Positions 30,671-40,052 of a stretch of DNA of 61,420 nucleotides are shown in pieces. Source of the stretch: Clostridia bacterium (GTDB lineage: Bacteria > Bacillota > Clostridia > Oscillospirales > CAG-272); contig JAGATW010000070.1 of NCBI GenBank assembly GCA_017621085.1, positions 1 through 61,420 on the forward strand, read 5' to 3'. The notes below the pieces were generated by a model. The model did not search any database. It was not told the origin of the DNA and saw only the letters and a program-made list of their open reading frames with translations. The position numbers and the translations under genes are program-made. Each line of letters begins with the position of its first letter. Positions within the stretch are counted from its first letter, which is position 1.

Positions 30671-31654
30671 ATGATAAGAATTGGAATTTTTGGCTATGGC
30701 AACCTTGGCAAAGGTGTTGAGTGTGCTATTATGCAAAATAAGGATATGGAGCTTGTAGCTGTATTTACAAGACGTGACCCAAGCACAGTTAAAATTTTAA
30801 CACAGGGCGTTTCTGTATGCCATGCTGATAATGTTCTTGATTTTAAAGATAAAATAGATGTTATGATTTTATGTGGTGGAAGTGCAACAGACCTACCAAA
30901 GCAAACACCATATCTTGCAAAGCATTTTTGCGTAGTTGATAGCTTTGATACTCACGCAAAAATTCCTGAGCATTTTGCAAATGTTGATGCAAGTGCTAAG
31001 GAGGGTGGCAACATTGGTATGATTTCCGTTGGATGGGACCCCGGCATGTTTTCACTTAACAGAGCTCTTGGCAGCTCTATATTGGTTGATGGCTGTGACT
31101 ATACCTTTTGGGGTAAGGGCGTTAGCCAAGGACACTCTGATGCTATAAGACGTGTTGAGGGTGTTTTGGACGGAAAGCAATATACAGTTCCTGTTAAAGA
31201 AGCCTTAGAGGCTGTAAGAAGTGGCGCAAATCCACAGCTAAGCACACGTCAAAAGCACACAAGAGAGTGCTATGTAGTTGCAAGCGAGGGAGCAGACAGA
31301 GCTAAAATAGAAAAGACAATTAAGGAAATGCCAAACTACTTTAGCGATTATGATACAACAGTTAACTTTATCTCCCAAGAGGAGCTAAACGAAAAGCATA
31401 GTGGCATTCCACACGGTGGCTTTGTAATTCGTAGTGGAAAAACAGGCAAGAATTTAGAAAATACTCACATTATCGAGTATAGCCTAAGGCTTGACTCTAA
31501 TCCGGAATTTACAGCATCCGTATTAGTTGCATACGCACGTGCAACCTATCGTATGCACAAGGAGGGCTTTGTAGGAGCAAAAACAGTTTTAGACGTTGCG
31601 CCCGCATATCTTAGCTCCTTAAGCAACGAGGAATTAAGAAAAACATTGTTATAA
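30671..31654 (+). CDS. ddh: meso-diaminopimelate D-dehydrogenase
   Basis: GYGNLG, VDSFDTH, VGWDPG, FWGKGVSQGHSDA, SNPEFTA. Confidence 0.95.
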   Translation: MIRIGIFGYGNLGKGVECAIMQNKDMELVAVFTRRDPSTVKILTQGVSVCHADNVLDFKDKIDVMILCGGSATDLPKQTPYLAKHFCVVDSFDTHAKIPEHFANVDASAKEGGNIGMISVGWDPGMFSLNRALGSSILVDGCDYTFWGKGVSQGHSDAIRRVEGVLDGKQYTVPVKEALEAVRSGANPQLSTRQKHTRECYVVASEGADRAKIEKTIKEMPNYFSDYDTTVNFISQEELNEKHSGIPHGGFVIRSGKTGKNLENTHIIEYSLRLDSNPEFTASVLVAYARATYRMHKEGFVGAKTVLDVAPAYLSSLSNEELRKTLL

Positions 31655-31660
31655 CAAATG

Positions 31661-31686
31661 AGGCTACCTTGTTGGTAGCCTTTTTT
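31661..31686 (+). terminator. Terminator after ddh
   Basis: AGGCTACC-TTGTT-GGTAGCCT followed by a T-run. Confidence 0.7.
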
Positions 31687-31746
31687 ATACCCAAATGTTG
31701 ATTTTTACGCTTACTGTATGATAAAATAAATTAGGGAGGCGATGAA

Positions 31747-32475
31747 ATGACAGATATTGAAATGATAAAAGATATAATTGATAATAGCGAAAACATAGTG
31801 TTTTTTGGTGGCGCAGGTGTATCAACTGAAAGTGGAATACCTGATTTTCGTGGTAATGGTGGGCTTTACACAAAAGAAAGTGACGATGTTTCTCCTGAGG
31901 AAAAGCTACACATAAGCTATCTAAAAGCAAATCCGAGTGGCTTTTATGAATATTACAAAAATAATATGATTTGCACCTGGGCAAAGCCAAATGATGCCCA
32001 TTATATGCTTGCCAACCTTGAAAAGGAGGGAAAGCTAAAGGCAGTAATTACACAAAACATCGACGGACTACACCAAATGGCAGGAAGCCAAAGGGTAATT
32101 GAGCTGCACGGAACAGTCCATAAAAACTATTGTATGGACTGTGGAGCAAATTACCCCCTTGACTATGTTTTAGAAAGCGACGGTGTTCCTTACTGTGAAA
32201 AATGTGGCGGAGTTGTGCGTCCTGACGTTGTAATGTACGGAGAGGGCTTGGATGCTAAGGCTTGGTATGAGGCTGAGGAAGCAATTTATAATTGTGACAC
32301 ATTAATAGTAGGTGGTACATCCTTAACGGTTTACCCTGCCTGCACTCTTGTTGATGCCTACGAGGGAGAGCATTTAGTTATAATAAACAAAACTCCAACT
32401 CCAAAGGATAGCGACGCAGAGCTTGTAATAAACGAGCCAATAGGAAAAACCTTAAAGGAAGCGTTACAAGAATAA
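31747..32475 (+). CDS. cobB: NAD-dependent protein deacylase (sirtuin)
   Basis: GAGVSTESGIPDFRG, TQNIDGLHQ, ELHG, two CxxC, GTSL. Confidence 0.92.
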   Translation: MTDIEMIKDIIDNSENIVFFGGAGVSTESGIPDFRGNGGLYTKESDDVSPEEKLHISYLKANPSGFYEYYKNNMICTWAKPNDAHYMLANLEKEGKLKAVITQNIDGLHQMAGSQRVIELHGTVHKNYCMDCGANYPLDYVLESDGVPYCEKCGGVVRPDVVMYGEGLDAKAWYEAEEAIYNCDTLIVGGTSLTVYPACTLVDAYEGEHLVIINKTPTPKDSDAELVINEPIGKTLKEALQE

Positions 32476-32535
32476 AAAACTATTAAAAACCTTTGCATAA
32501 AAATAGCCTTCTCCCGCGGGAGAAGGCATTTTAAA

Positions 32536-33849
32536 TTATTCAACAACGTAACAGCTATTAATGCCATAGCTTTTGCATAGGTTAATTATACTTTCGTTAA
32601 ACTCCTCGCCACAAACTATCAAGGAAACAGCAGGTGGACAGGTAATATTCGGACTTGCCAAAGTTCTGCCAAGGGCTTTTTCAATAGGCACACGGGTGCG
32701 CTTGGAAAAAATAGCCTTTCTTATGCTCATTTTTCTTTCAGGTGGAATTAAAGTGTTGTTCTTTTTAGAAATATCCTCTTTAATTTCAATTTGAGCAAAA
32801 ACCTTTTCAAGATGGTCAAGGTGTGAAATGTCATTTTCTGGAGTTACCATAAGCACGCAAAAGTCCTTATCGTAAAATTCGCACATAATACCGTTATTTT
32901 CAAGAATTTTTGCAAAATCCTGACCCCTGTGTCCGATTTTTGAAGCTTCAATGGTCAATTTTAAAGGCTCATTTATCTTAATATAGCTATATTTTTCAAA
33001 CCTTTTAAGCTCCCTTGCAATATCATTTATTTTTTTGCCGTAGCCATTACTTAAAAGCTTGTTTGCGTTATCTAAGGACGCAAGAATAAGGTAAGATGGG
33101 CTTGTGCTACCAAAAAGAGCTAAAGCACCTTTGCCCTGCTCCTTAAAAAGAGAAGGAGCATTTTTTGAAATATGTAAATAAGCACCACCTGTTATAACAG
33201 GCAAGGTTTTGTGTGCAGAGTCACAGCACATATCAGCACCCATTGTTATAGGGTGCAAATCATTATTCAAAAACCTTAAATATGCTCCGTGTGCATTGTC
33301 AACAAGCAATGGCACACCATATTTTTTGCATACTCTTGATAAAGCTGAAATATCACACATATTGCCGAGATAATCGGGGCTGGTAACATATACGCAGCAG
33401 GGTAAATTATCTACACTCCCCAAGGCTTTTTCAAGAATTTCACCTGTAATAGTACAAGAAAGATAGCTTTCATCACTATTTGGAAACAACCACATAACCT
33501 CAAGGTCATTTAAGGCGCAAGCAGATATAAATGATGAGTGTGCATTTCGACCGGCAAAAACATAACTGCTTTTACTATTCATTTTTGCAAGATAGAGCAT
33601 AGCTCTTATACAAAGAGAAGAGCCCTCACAGGAATAAAGCGTTTGCTCGCTGCCAAAAAGCTTTGTTGCATTAAGCTCGCTTTCTTTTATAATGCCATTT
33701 GCATCGTATAAGCTATCAGCGCCTGTAAACTCGGTAATATCGTATTTTTCAAAGCCTAAAAATGATTTTCCCTTATGCCCGGGCATATGGAGTCTTATAA
33801 TGTCCTTATCTATGTATTCGTTTATAAAATCACAAATAGGAGTTTTCAT
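32536..33849 (-). CDS. PLP-dependent Orn/Lys/Arg decarboxylase family protein
   Basis: LHMPGHKG, VTSPDYLG, VDNAHG, DSAHKTLP, STSPSY. Confidence 0.85.
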   Translation of the reverse strand: MKTPICDFINEYIDKDIIRLHMPGHKGKSFLGFEKYDITEFTGADSLYDANGIIKESELNATKLFGSEQTLYSCEGSSLCIRAMLYLAKMNSKSSYVFAGRNAHSSFISACALNDLEVMWLFPNSDESYLSCTITGEILEKALGSVDNLPCCVYVTSPDYLGNMCDISALSRVCKKYGVPLLVDNAHGAYLRFLNNDLHPITMGADMCCDSAHKTLPVITGGAYLHISKNAPSLFKEQGKGALALFGSTSPSYLILASLDNANKLLSNGYGKKINDIARELKRFEKYSYIKINEPLKLTIEASKIGHRGQDFAKILENNGIMCEFYDKDFCVLMVTPENDISHLDHLEKVFAQIEIKEDISKKNNTLIPPERKMSIRKAIFSKRTRVPIEKALGRTLASPNITCPPAVSLIVCGEEFNESIINLCKSYGINSCYVVE

Positions 33850-35219
33850 TATTCACCAAGCTCTTTTGCTACAGCAACAGCTATTGCACATTCCATTCTC
33901 TTTCTAAACAGGCGACAGCCATACTCATAAATACCCCTTACACTACCTGTTGCGTGGTAAGCATTTGCAGCGCAACCACCGGAGCAGTATAGCTTAGCCC
34001 AGCAGTCCTTACAGTCGGGACGTGCATAAACATTACAAGAGGCAAATTCATCTCTTGCCTCGGTGTTTGTAACTCCGTCCCAAATGTTGCCAAGCTTGTA
34101 TTTTTCCTCGCCTACAAATTGGTGGCAAGGGTACAAATCGCCCCAAGGAGTAACAGCCATATATTCTGTGCCTGAGCCACAGCCTGATATCCTTTTATAG
34201 ATACAGGGTCCACCCTTTAGGTCTATCATATAGTGATAGAAGGTAAAGTCCTTGCCCTGCTTGTGTCTTTTAATCATAAGATTTGCTAAGTCCTCATATT
34301 GCTTGCAAACAATAGGAAAGTCCTCTTCGGTTAATTCTTCCTTATCTCCCTTTGCACAAACAACAGGCTCCATGCTTAATTCATTAAAGCCAAGGTCAAG
34401 CATAACCTTAATGTCCTCTAAAAAGTCTGGGTTTGCGTGGGTAAAGGTGCCTCTCATATAGTAATTTTTGCCACCTCTTGCATCAACAAGCTCCTTGAAT
34501 TTAGGTACAATCTTGTCCCAGCTACCCTTTCCGTTATAGTCAACTCTGTATCTGTCGTGTATTTCCTTACGTCCGTCAAGAGAAAGAACAACATTGCTCA
34601 TTTCACGATTGGCAAAGTCAATTACGTCCTTGTCAATTAAAACACCGTTAGTAGTAAGTGTAAAACGGAAGTTCTTGTTGTGCTTTTTCTCAATTTCACG
34701 GGCATAAGCAACTAAATCCTTAATCATTTGGAAATTCATAAGTGGCTCGCCACCGAAAAAGTCAACCTCTAAATTACGACGCTTTCCCGAATTTTCCACT
34801 AAGAAATCAAGTGCGCGCTTACCAACCTCCAATGACATAATGGCTCTTTCTCCGTGATACTTGCCCTGTGAGGCAAAGCAGTAGGAGCAATTTAAGTTAC
34901 AGGTATGGGCAACGTGAAGGCAAAGTGCCTTTACAACGCCGCTTGTTTTTTGCTTAAGTGTATCAGCCATAGGCTCAAAGGTGTCGGGAGTAAATAAACA
35001 GCCACTATTTTTAAGCTCTACTATTTGCTCGTAGCACTCATTAATATCATCAAGGCTTAAATCCTTGTATTTTTCAGAAATGGCTGAAACCACTTCGCTC
35101 TTGGAGTGCTTTTCAAACATTTCAATTATGTCATAAGCACAGGAGTCAACAACGTGAACGCCACCTGAGCAAATGTCAAGTACAATATTGTAGCCCCCAA
35201 ATTTGAATTGATGTACCAT
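33849..35219 (-). CDS. scfB: SCIFF/ranthipeptide radical SAM-SPASM maturase
   Basis: CNLNCSYC, FFGGEP, SPASM Cys motifs (GCGSG..YPCHQF..CKDCWAKLYCSGGCAAN); adjacent to scfA. Confidence 0.93.
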   Translation of the reverse strand: MVHQFKFGGYNIVLDICSGGVHVVDSCAYDIIEMFEKHSKSEVVSAISEKYKDLSLDDINECYEQIVELKNSGCLFTPDTFEPMADTLKQKTSGVVKALCLHVAHTCNLNCSYCFASQGKYHGERAIMSLEVGKRALDFLVENSGKRRNLEVDFFGGEPLMNFQMIKDLVAYAREIEKKHNKNFRFTLTTNGVLIDKDVIDFANREMSNVVLSLDGRKEIHDRYRVDYNGKGSWDKIVPKFKELVDARGGKNYYMRGTFTHANPDFLEDIKVMLDLGFNELSMEPVVCAKGDKEELTEEDFPIVCKQYEDLANLMIKRHKQGKDFTFYHYMIDLKGGPCIYKRISGCGSGTEYMAVTPWGDLYPCHQFVGEEKYKLGNIWDGVTNTEARDEFASCNVYARPDCKDCWAKLYCSGGCAANAYHATGSVRGIYEYGCRLFRKRMECAIAVAVAKELGE

Positions 35220-35274
35220 AAAAAACCTTCTTTTATATTTACTAAGTAGCAAAAGCTACCAAAAATTTCAATTA

Positions 35275-35300
35275 AAAAGGCTGTTTGGTATCAAACAGCC
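35275..35300 (-). terminator. Hairpin with U-tail between scfA and scfB (partial terminator or stabiliser)
   Basis: GGCTGTTTG/CAAACAGCC stem followed by a T-run on the minus strand. Confidence 0.6.
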
Positions 35301-35311
35301 CTGTGCGTTAA

Positions 35312-35458
35312 TTATTTATTGTTGTTTTCGCACTGTTGGTTAGCGATACCGCAGCTTGTCTTGCAAGCAGACTGGCAAGAAGTCTGGCACTCACCGCAGC
35401 CACCATTCTTTGCGCTTTCGCAAAGATTACTTGTTTTGATTGTCTTAATATGTTCCAT
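35312..35458 (-). CDS. scfA: SCIFF (six-cysteine ranthipeptide) precursor, 48 aa; not in the ORF track
   Basis: Hand translation MEHIKTIKTSNLCESAKNGGCGECQTSCQSACKTSCGIANQQCENNNK; GGAGG RBS. Confidence 0.97.
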   Translation of the reverse strand: MEHIKTIKTSNLCESAKNGGCGECQTSCQSACKTSCGIANQQCENNNK

Positions 35459-35613
35459 TGTGTAAACCTCCAAAAACATTTGTTTAGAAAATTATAGCAT
35501 ATCTTAAAAATAAAGTCAATACAAATGTTAGAAATTTCTTGGTTGATTATTTGCAAATTATGTGATACAATAGGTAGGTAATGTATTAAATCAAAAAGAT
35601 GAAAGGAAATATT

Positions 35614-36297
35614 ATGGAGAAAACAAATACCGGAAATACCTTGTCCTATAAGGAAAAGGTAAGAATTGCAAAAAGAAATATAATGATTAAAAGGGCGATT
35701 ATAGGATTAATAGTTGTGTGCATCCTGGCTTCACTGATATTAGCCATTGCTATGGCAAATCGCCCATATTATGCAGATATTGAAATTGAGGGCTATGGCG
35801 TAATAACGGTAGAGCTTGATAAAAGCGCAGCGCCAAAAACCGTTAAAAACTTTGTAAAGCTTGCAAAAAGTGGCTTTTACGATGGACTTACCTTTCATAG
35901 AATAATAGAGGGCTTTATGATGCAGGGTGGCTGTCCTAATGGTAATGGCACAGGTGGTAAACTTGATAAAAACGGAAAAGAAATCAACATAGTTGGCGAG
36001 TTTTCCAAAAACGGCTATGCAAACAGCATTTCTCACGAAAGAGGTGTTATTTCAATGGCTCGCTCAGGTGGATATCCGGAAAAGGATTATTACAACACAG
36101 CTTCAAGCCAGTTCTTTATAGTTCATCAGGACTCACCGCATTTAGACGGAAGCTATGCAGCCTTTGGCAGAGTTATTTCCGGTATGGAAATAGTTGATAA
36201 GGTTTGCGAAAGTGCAAAGCCAACAGATAGTAATGGCACTATTCCAAAGGAAGCACAGCCGATTATAAAAACAATCACTATAAAAAGAAGTAATTAG
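35614..36297 (+). CDS. Membrane-anchored cyclophilin-type peptidyl-prolyl isomerase
   Basis: APKTVKNF, FYDGLTFHRII, ISMAR, SQFFI, HLDGSYAAFG; N-terminal TM helix. Confidence 0.92.
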   Translation: MEKTNTGNTLSYKEKVRIAKRNIMIKRAIIGLIVVCILASLILAIAMANRPYYADIEIEGYGVITVELDKSAAPKTVKNFVKLAKSGFYDGLTFHRIIEGFMMQGGCPNGNGTGGKLDKNGKEINIVGEFSKNGYANSISHERGVISMARSGGYPEKDYYNTASSQFFIVHQDSPHLDGSYAAFGRVISGMEIVDKVCESAKPTDSNGTIPKEAQPIIKTITIKRSN

Positions 36298-36305
36298 GTG
36301 GATTT

Positions 36306-37391
36306 ATGGAATGGTATGTAATCCCATTGTTTATAGCAGGTCTCTTATGTCTTATTAAAGGTGGAGATTGGTTTGTTGAAGGAGCGAGCGGTATTGCTAA
36401 AAGATTTAGAATACCGGAAATTTTGATTGGCGCAACTGTTGTTTCAATCGGAACAACCTTGCCGGAGGTTATGGTTTCTGCAACATCAGCAGTGGAAGGC
36501 TTTGGCGGCATAGCCTTTGGAAATGCCATTGGCTCAATAATTTGCAATTCAGCTTTAATAGCAGCAATAACTATTAGTGTAAAGGCAGGCAAAATTGACA
36601 GAAGAACAATGATAACCCCTGTTTTGTTCTTTTTTGCATCAGCAATTTACTATAGCTTGACAGCATATATTTCCGGAAAATTCACAAGAATAAGTGGCAT
36701 AATTTTGCTCATAATCTTTGTTGCTTATATGGTTATAACCGTTCTTATGATGAAGCGTAAGGATGACACTCCCGAGGAAATAGCAGAGCTTGAATTGAAA
36801 AGGTTGCAGATAGAAAAATGCACATGCGTTGACATTGATGTCAAGTGTGAGCATTGCGAAAAAATCGACACAGGTGAACCTGTTTTGAAGAAAAAAGTCT
36901 TTGATAAGATGCTTATCAAGGAAATTGTATTTATCGTAATCGGAGCAGCTTTAATTGCAATAGGGGCGCGCTTGCTTGTTGATAATGCAACTGTTATGGC
37001 AAGGTTTTTCGGCATGAGTGAGGCTATTATCGGTCTTACCATAGTAGCTCTTGGTACATCACTGCCCGAGCTTGTGACGGCTATTACATCTCTTGTAAAG
37101 GGTCATGGCTCACTGTCCCTTGGAAACGTAATTGGCGCAAATCTATTTAATTTGATATTGGTGTCCGGTGTGAGTATTACTATTTCTCCATTTGCTGTTC
37201 CCGTGGAGGATGTTTTGCCAAACGGTATGCTTTCATCCTTGGTAATTGACATTCCGGTAATGCTTGGAGTTATGGCGATCCTTTCAATACCTGCACTGAT
37301 AAGGGGTAAGCTGTCAAGAGTACAGGGCATATCTCTTTTGGCAATTTATGCAGGATATATTGCCTTGAGAATGTTGCTTATTCAAACGTAA
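36306..37391 (+). CDS. Calcium/sodium antiporter (YrbG-like)
   Basis: Two alpha-repeats GTTLPE..GNAIGS and GTSLPE..GNVIGAN. Confidence 0.9.
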   Translation: MEWYVIPLFIAGLLCLIKGGDWFVEGASGIAKRFRIPEILIGATVVSIGTTLPEVMVSATSAVEGFGGIAFGNAIGSIICNSALIAAITISVKAGKIDRRTMITPVLFFFASAIYYSLTAYISGKFTRISGIILLIIFVAYMVITVLMMKRKDDTPEEIAELELKRLQIEKCTCVDIDVKCEHCEKIDTGEPVLKKKVFDKMLIKEIVFIVIGAALIAIGARLLVDNATVMARFFGMSEAIIGLTIVALGTSLPELVTAITSLVKGHGSLSLGNVIGANLFNLILVSGVSITISPFAVPVEDVLPNGMLSSLVIDIPVMLGVMAILSIPALIRGKLSRVQGISLLAIYAGYIALRMLLIQT

Positions 37392-37469
37392 ATAAAGGGC
37401 TTGTAAAGACAAGCTCTTTTCTTTTACAGTCAAAATAGCGACTTCGCTTTTTGTATACATGCTTTATTG

Positions 37470-37498
37470 TTGACAAATTTAAAAAAATATGTTAATAT
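37470..37498 (+). promoter_or_regulatory. sigma-A promoter of the fnl operon
   Basis: TTGACA-17-TAATAT with TGn extension. Confidence 0.55.
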
Positions 37499-37533
37499 AG
37501 GTGTGATAAATATCAATTTTTGAGGTGGTAGCT

Positions 37534-38589
37534 ATGAAGGATTCAATTTTCAAGGGCAAAACTTTAATGATTACAGGAGGCACAGGCTCCTTTGGTAATG
37601 CTGTACTAAATAGATTTTTAAAGACAGACATTGGGGAAATAAGAGTATTCTCACGTGATGAGAAAAAGCAAGACGATATGCGCCATGAATTTCAGGCAAA
37701 AATGCCTGAGGTGGCTGAAAAGATAAAGTTTTACATAGGCGATGTAAGAGACCTTGCAAGCGTTAAAAACGCAATGCATGGTGTTGACTACATTTTCCAC
37801 GCAGCAGCGCTTAAGCAGGTTCCATCCTGTGAGTTTTTCCCAATCGAGGCTGTAAAAACAAATGTTTTAGGTACTGAAAATGTTCTAACTGCTGCAATTG
37901 AGGCAGGAGTTAAAAATATAGTATGCTTGTCAACCGACAAAGCGGCATATCCTGTTAACGCAATGGGTACATCAAAGGCAATGATGGAAAAGGTTATTGT
38001 TGCAAAGTCAAGAACCGTTTCCCCTGAAAAGACAAAAATCTGCTGCACAAGATACGGTAATGTAATGTGTTCTCGCGGCTCTGTAATTCCATTGTGGATT
38101 GACCAAATAAGAGCAGGTAATGAAATTACAATTACAGACCCATCAATGACTCGCTTTATTATGTCACTTGACGAGGCAGTTGACCTTGTATTGTTTGCAT
38201 TTGAGCATGGCGAAAGCGGTGATATTCTTGTTCAAAAGGCTCCTGCTTGTACAATTGAAACACAGGCAAAGGCTGTAATTGAGCTTTTCGATAAGGAAAA
38301 GAAGACAGGAATTAAGATAATCGGTATTCGTCACGGTGAAAAAATGTATGAAACACTTCTTACAAACGAGGAGTGTGCAAATGCAATTGACCTTGGTAAC
38401 TTCTATCGTGTGCCTTGCGATAAGCGTGGCCTTAACTACGATAAGTACTTTAAGGACGGCGATAAGGAAAGAAATCCTTTAACCGAATTTAACTCACACA
38501 ATACAGAACTTTTAGATGTAGAGGGAGTTAAGGAAAAGCTTCTTTCCCTTGCATACATAAGAGAAGAGCTTGAAAAGGAAGCAAAATAA
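37534..38589 (+). CDS. fnlA: UDP-GlcNAc 4,6-dehydratase/5-epimerase (FnlA/CapE/WbjB type)
   Basis: TGGTGSFG, SRDEKKQ, HAAALKQVPSCEF, STDKA, RYGNVM. Confidence 0.88.
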   Translation: MKDSIFKGKTLMITGGTGSFGNAVLNRFLKTDIGEIRVFSRDEKKQDDMRHEFQAKMPEVAEKIKFYIGDVRDLASVKNAMHGVDYIFHAAALKQVPSCEFFPIEAVKTNVLGTENVLTAAIEAGVKNIVCLSTDKAAYPVNAMGTSKAMMEKVIVAKSRTVSPEKTKICCTRYGNVMCSRGSVIPLWIDQIRAGNEITITDPSMTRFIMSLDEAVDLVLFAFEHGESGDILVQKAPACTIETQAKAVIELFDKEKKTGIKIIGIRHGEKMYETLLTNEECANAIDLGNFYRVPCDKRGLNYDKYFKDGDKERNPLTEFNSHNTELLDVEGVKEKLLSLAYIREELEKEAK

Positions 38590-39785
38590 TGAGAATACTT
38601 GTAACAGGTGCAAGGGGCTTTGTTGGTAAAAACCTTTGCCAAGCACTTAAAAATATTCGTGATGGTAAGGACCGTACAAGAAGTATTGTAATAGACGATG
38701 TTTTCGAATACGATATTGACACTCCGGAGGAATATTTACAAAATTATTGCGATAATGCAGATTTTGTATTTAACCTAGCCGGCATTAACAGACCCAAGGA
38801 CAACAGCGAGTTTATGCAAGGCAATTTTGGCTTTGCGGACAAGCTTCTTTCCTGTCTTGAAAGGGCAGAAAATAAGTGTCCTGTTATGATTTCCTCTTCA
38901 ATTCAAGCTACCTTGATTGGCAGATATGGGGAAAGTGACTATGGCAAAAGCAAGCTTGCAGGCGAGGAGCTTTTGTTTGAATATGGCAAAAAAACTGGAG
39001 CACGTGTCTTAGTTTATCGTTTTCCTAACCTTTTTGGAAAATGGTGCAGACCCAACTACAACTCAGCAGTTGCAACATTTTGTAACAATATAGCAAATGA
39101 CCTACCCATACAGGTAAATGACAGAAGCGTTTTGCTTGAGCTTTTGTATATTGATGACCTTGTAGATGAAATGCTAAATGCATTAGAGGGTAAGGAAACA
39201 AGATGTAATTATGATGGTCTTAACCCTGTGCTTGATAATAACGGTAGATATTGTGTAGCTACCGTAACGCACAAGGTCACCCTTGGCGAAATTGTAGATT
39301 TGCTTTATACATTTAGAGACCAGCCCAACAATTTAGTTGTTCCCGAAATTCCAAACGGCTCATTTGCAAAAAAGCTTTATTCTACATATTTGTCCTATTT
39401 GCCAAAGGAAAAGGTATCATTTCCACTTAAAATGAACGTGGACCAAAGAGGAAGCTTTACAGAGCTTATTAAAAGCCAAAAGTGTGGACAAGTGTCCATA
39501 AACATATCAAAGCCCGGCATTACAAAGGGTCAGCATTGGCACAATACAAAATGGGAAATTTTCATTGTTGTAAGTGGCAAGGGCTTAATCCAAATGCGCA
39601 AAATCGGCTCTGACGAGGTCCTTAACTTTGAGATAAGCGGTGAAAAAATCGAAGCGGTTCATATGCTCCCTGGTTACACCCACAATATAATCAATTTAAG
39701 CGAAACCGAGGACTTAGTTACAGTTATGTGGGCTAACGAGTCCTTTGACCCAAATCACCCCGACACCTTTTTTGAGACTGTTTAA
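38589..39785 (+). CDS. fnlB: SDR-cupin reductase/epimerase (FnlB/CapF/WbjC type)
   Basis: TGARGFVG, YGKSK, FGKWCRPNYNS, C-terminal cupin KGQHWHNTK. Confidence 0.88.
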   Translation: MRILVTGARGFVGKNLCQALKNIRDGKDRTRSIVIDDVFEYDIDTPEEYLQNYCDNADFVFNLAGINRPKDNSEFMQGNFGFADKLLSCLERAENKCPVMISSSIQATLIGRYGESDYGKSKLAGEELLFEYGKKTGARVLVYRFPNLFGKWCRPNYNSAVATFCNNIANDLPIQVNDRSVLLELLYIDDLVDEMLNALEGKETRCNYDGLNPVLDNNGRYCVATVTHKVTLGEIVDLLYTFRDQPNNLVVPEIPNGSFAKKLYSTYLSYLPKEKVSFPLKMNVDQRGSFTELIKSQKCGQVSINISKPGITKGQHWHNTKWEIFIVVSGKGLIQMRKIGSDEVLNFEISGEKIEAVHMLPGYTHNIINLSETEDLVTVMWANESFDPNHPDTFFETV

Positions 39786-40017
39786 GCTTTGAAAATCTGT
39801 GTTGCTCCTGCTCCATGACCTTGACGTACGCCAAGTACGTCTGCGCCCACGGAGTGCGGTGCGCCTTGATTTTCTGTGCTTAAAAGCCTCAAAACCGATA
39901 GATTGTTTAAGCTTTGAAAATCTGTGTTACTACTTAGCTTGAGACCTCGACGTACATTGAGTACGCCGTCGCCCCCAATCTGCGTAATGCCTTGATTTTT
40001 CGTGCTTATTAACAATC
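39774..40017. repeat. Two tandem copies (125-bp period) of a structured intergenic repeat
   Basis: TGTTTAAGCTTTGAAAATCTGTGTT identical at 39779 and 39904; central CGTAC-N5-GTACG; closing GCCTTGATTTT..GTGCTTA in both copies. Confidence 0.85.
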
Positions 40018-40052
40018 AACCAACAAATCCAAAACAATGGAGAATAGATAAA

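Noticed and set aside
35308-35556. 82-aa ORF in the track
   Set aside because: Wrong frame; the real gene is scfA at 35312-35458
39782-40015. 77-aa antisense ORF with an internal duplication
   Set aside because: By-product of the 125-bp DNA repeat; no RBS, antisense within an operon
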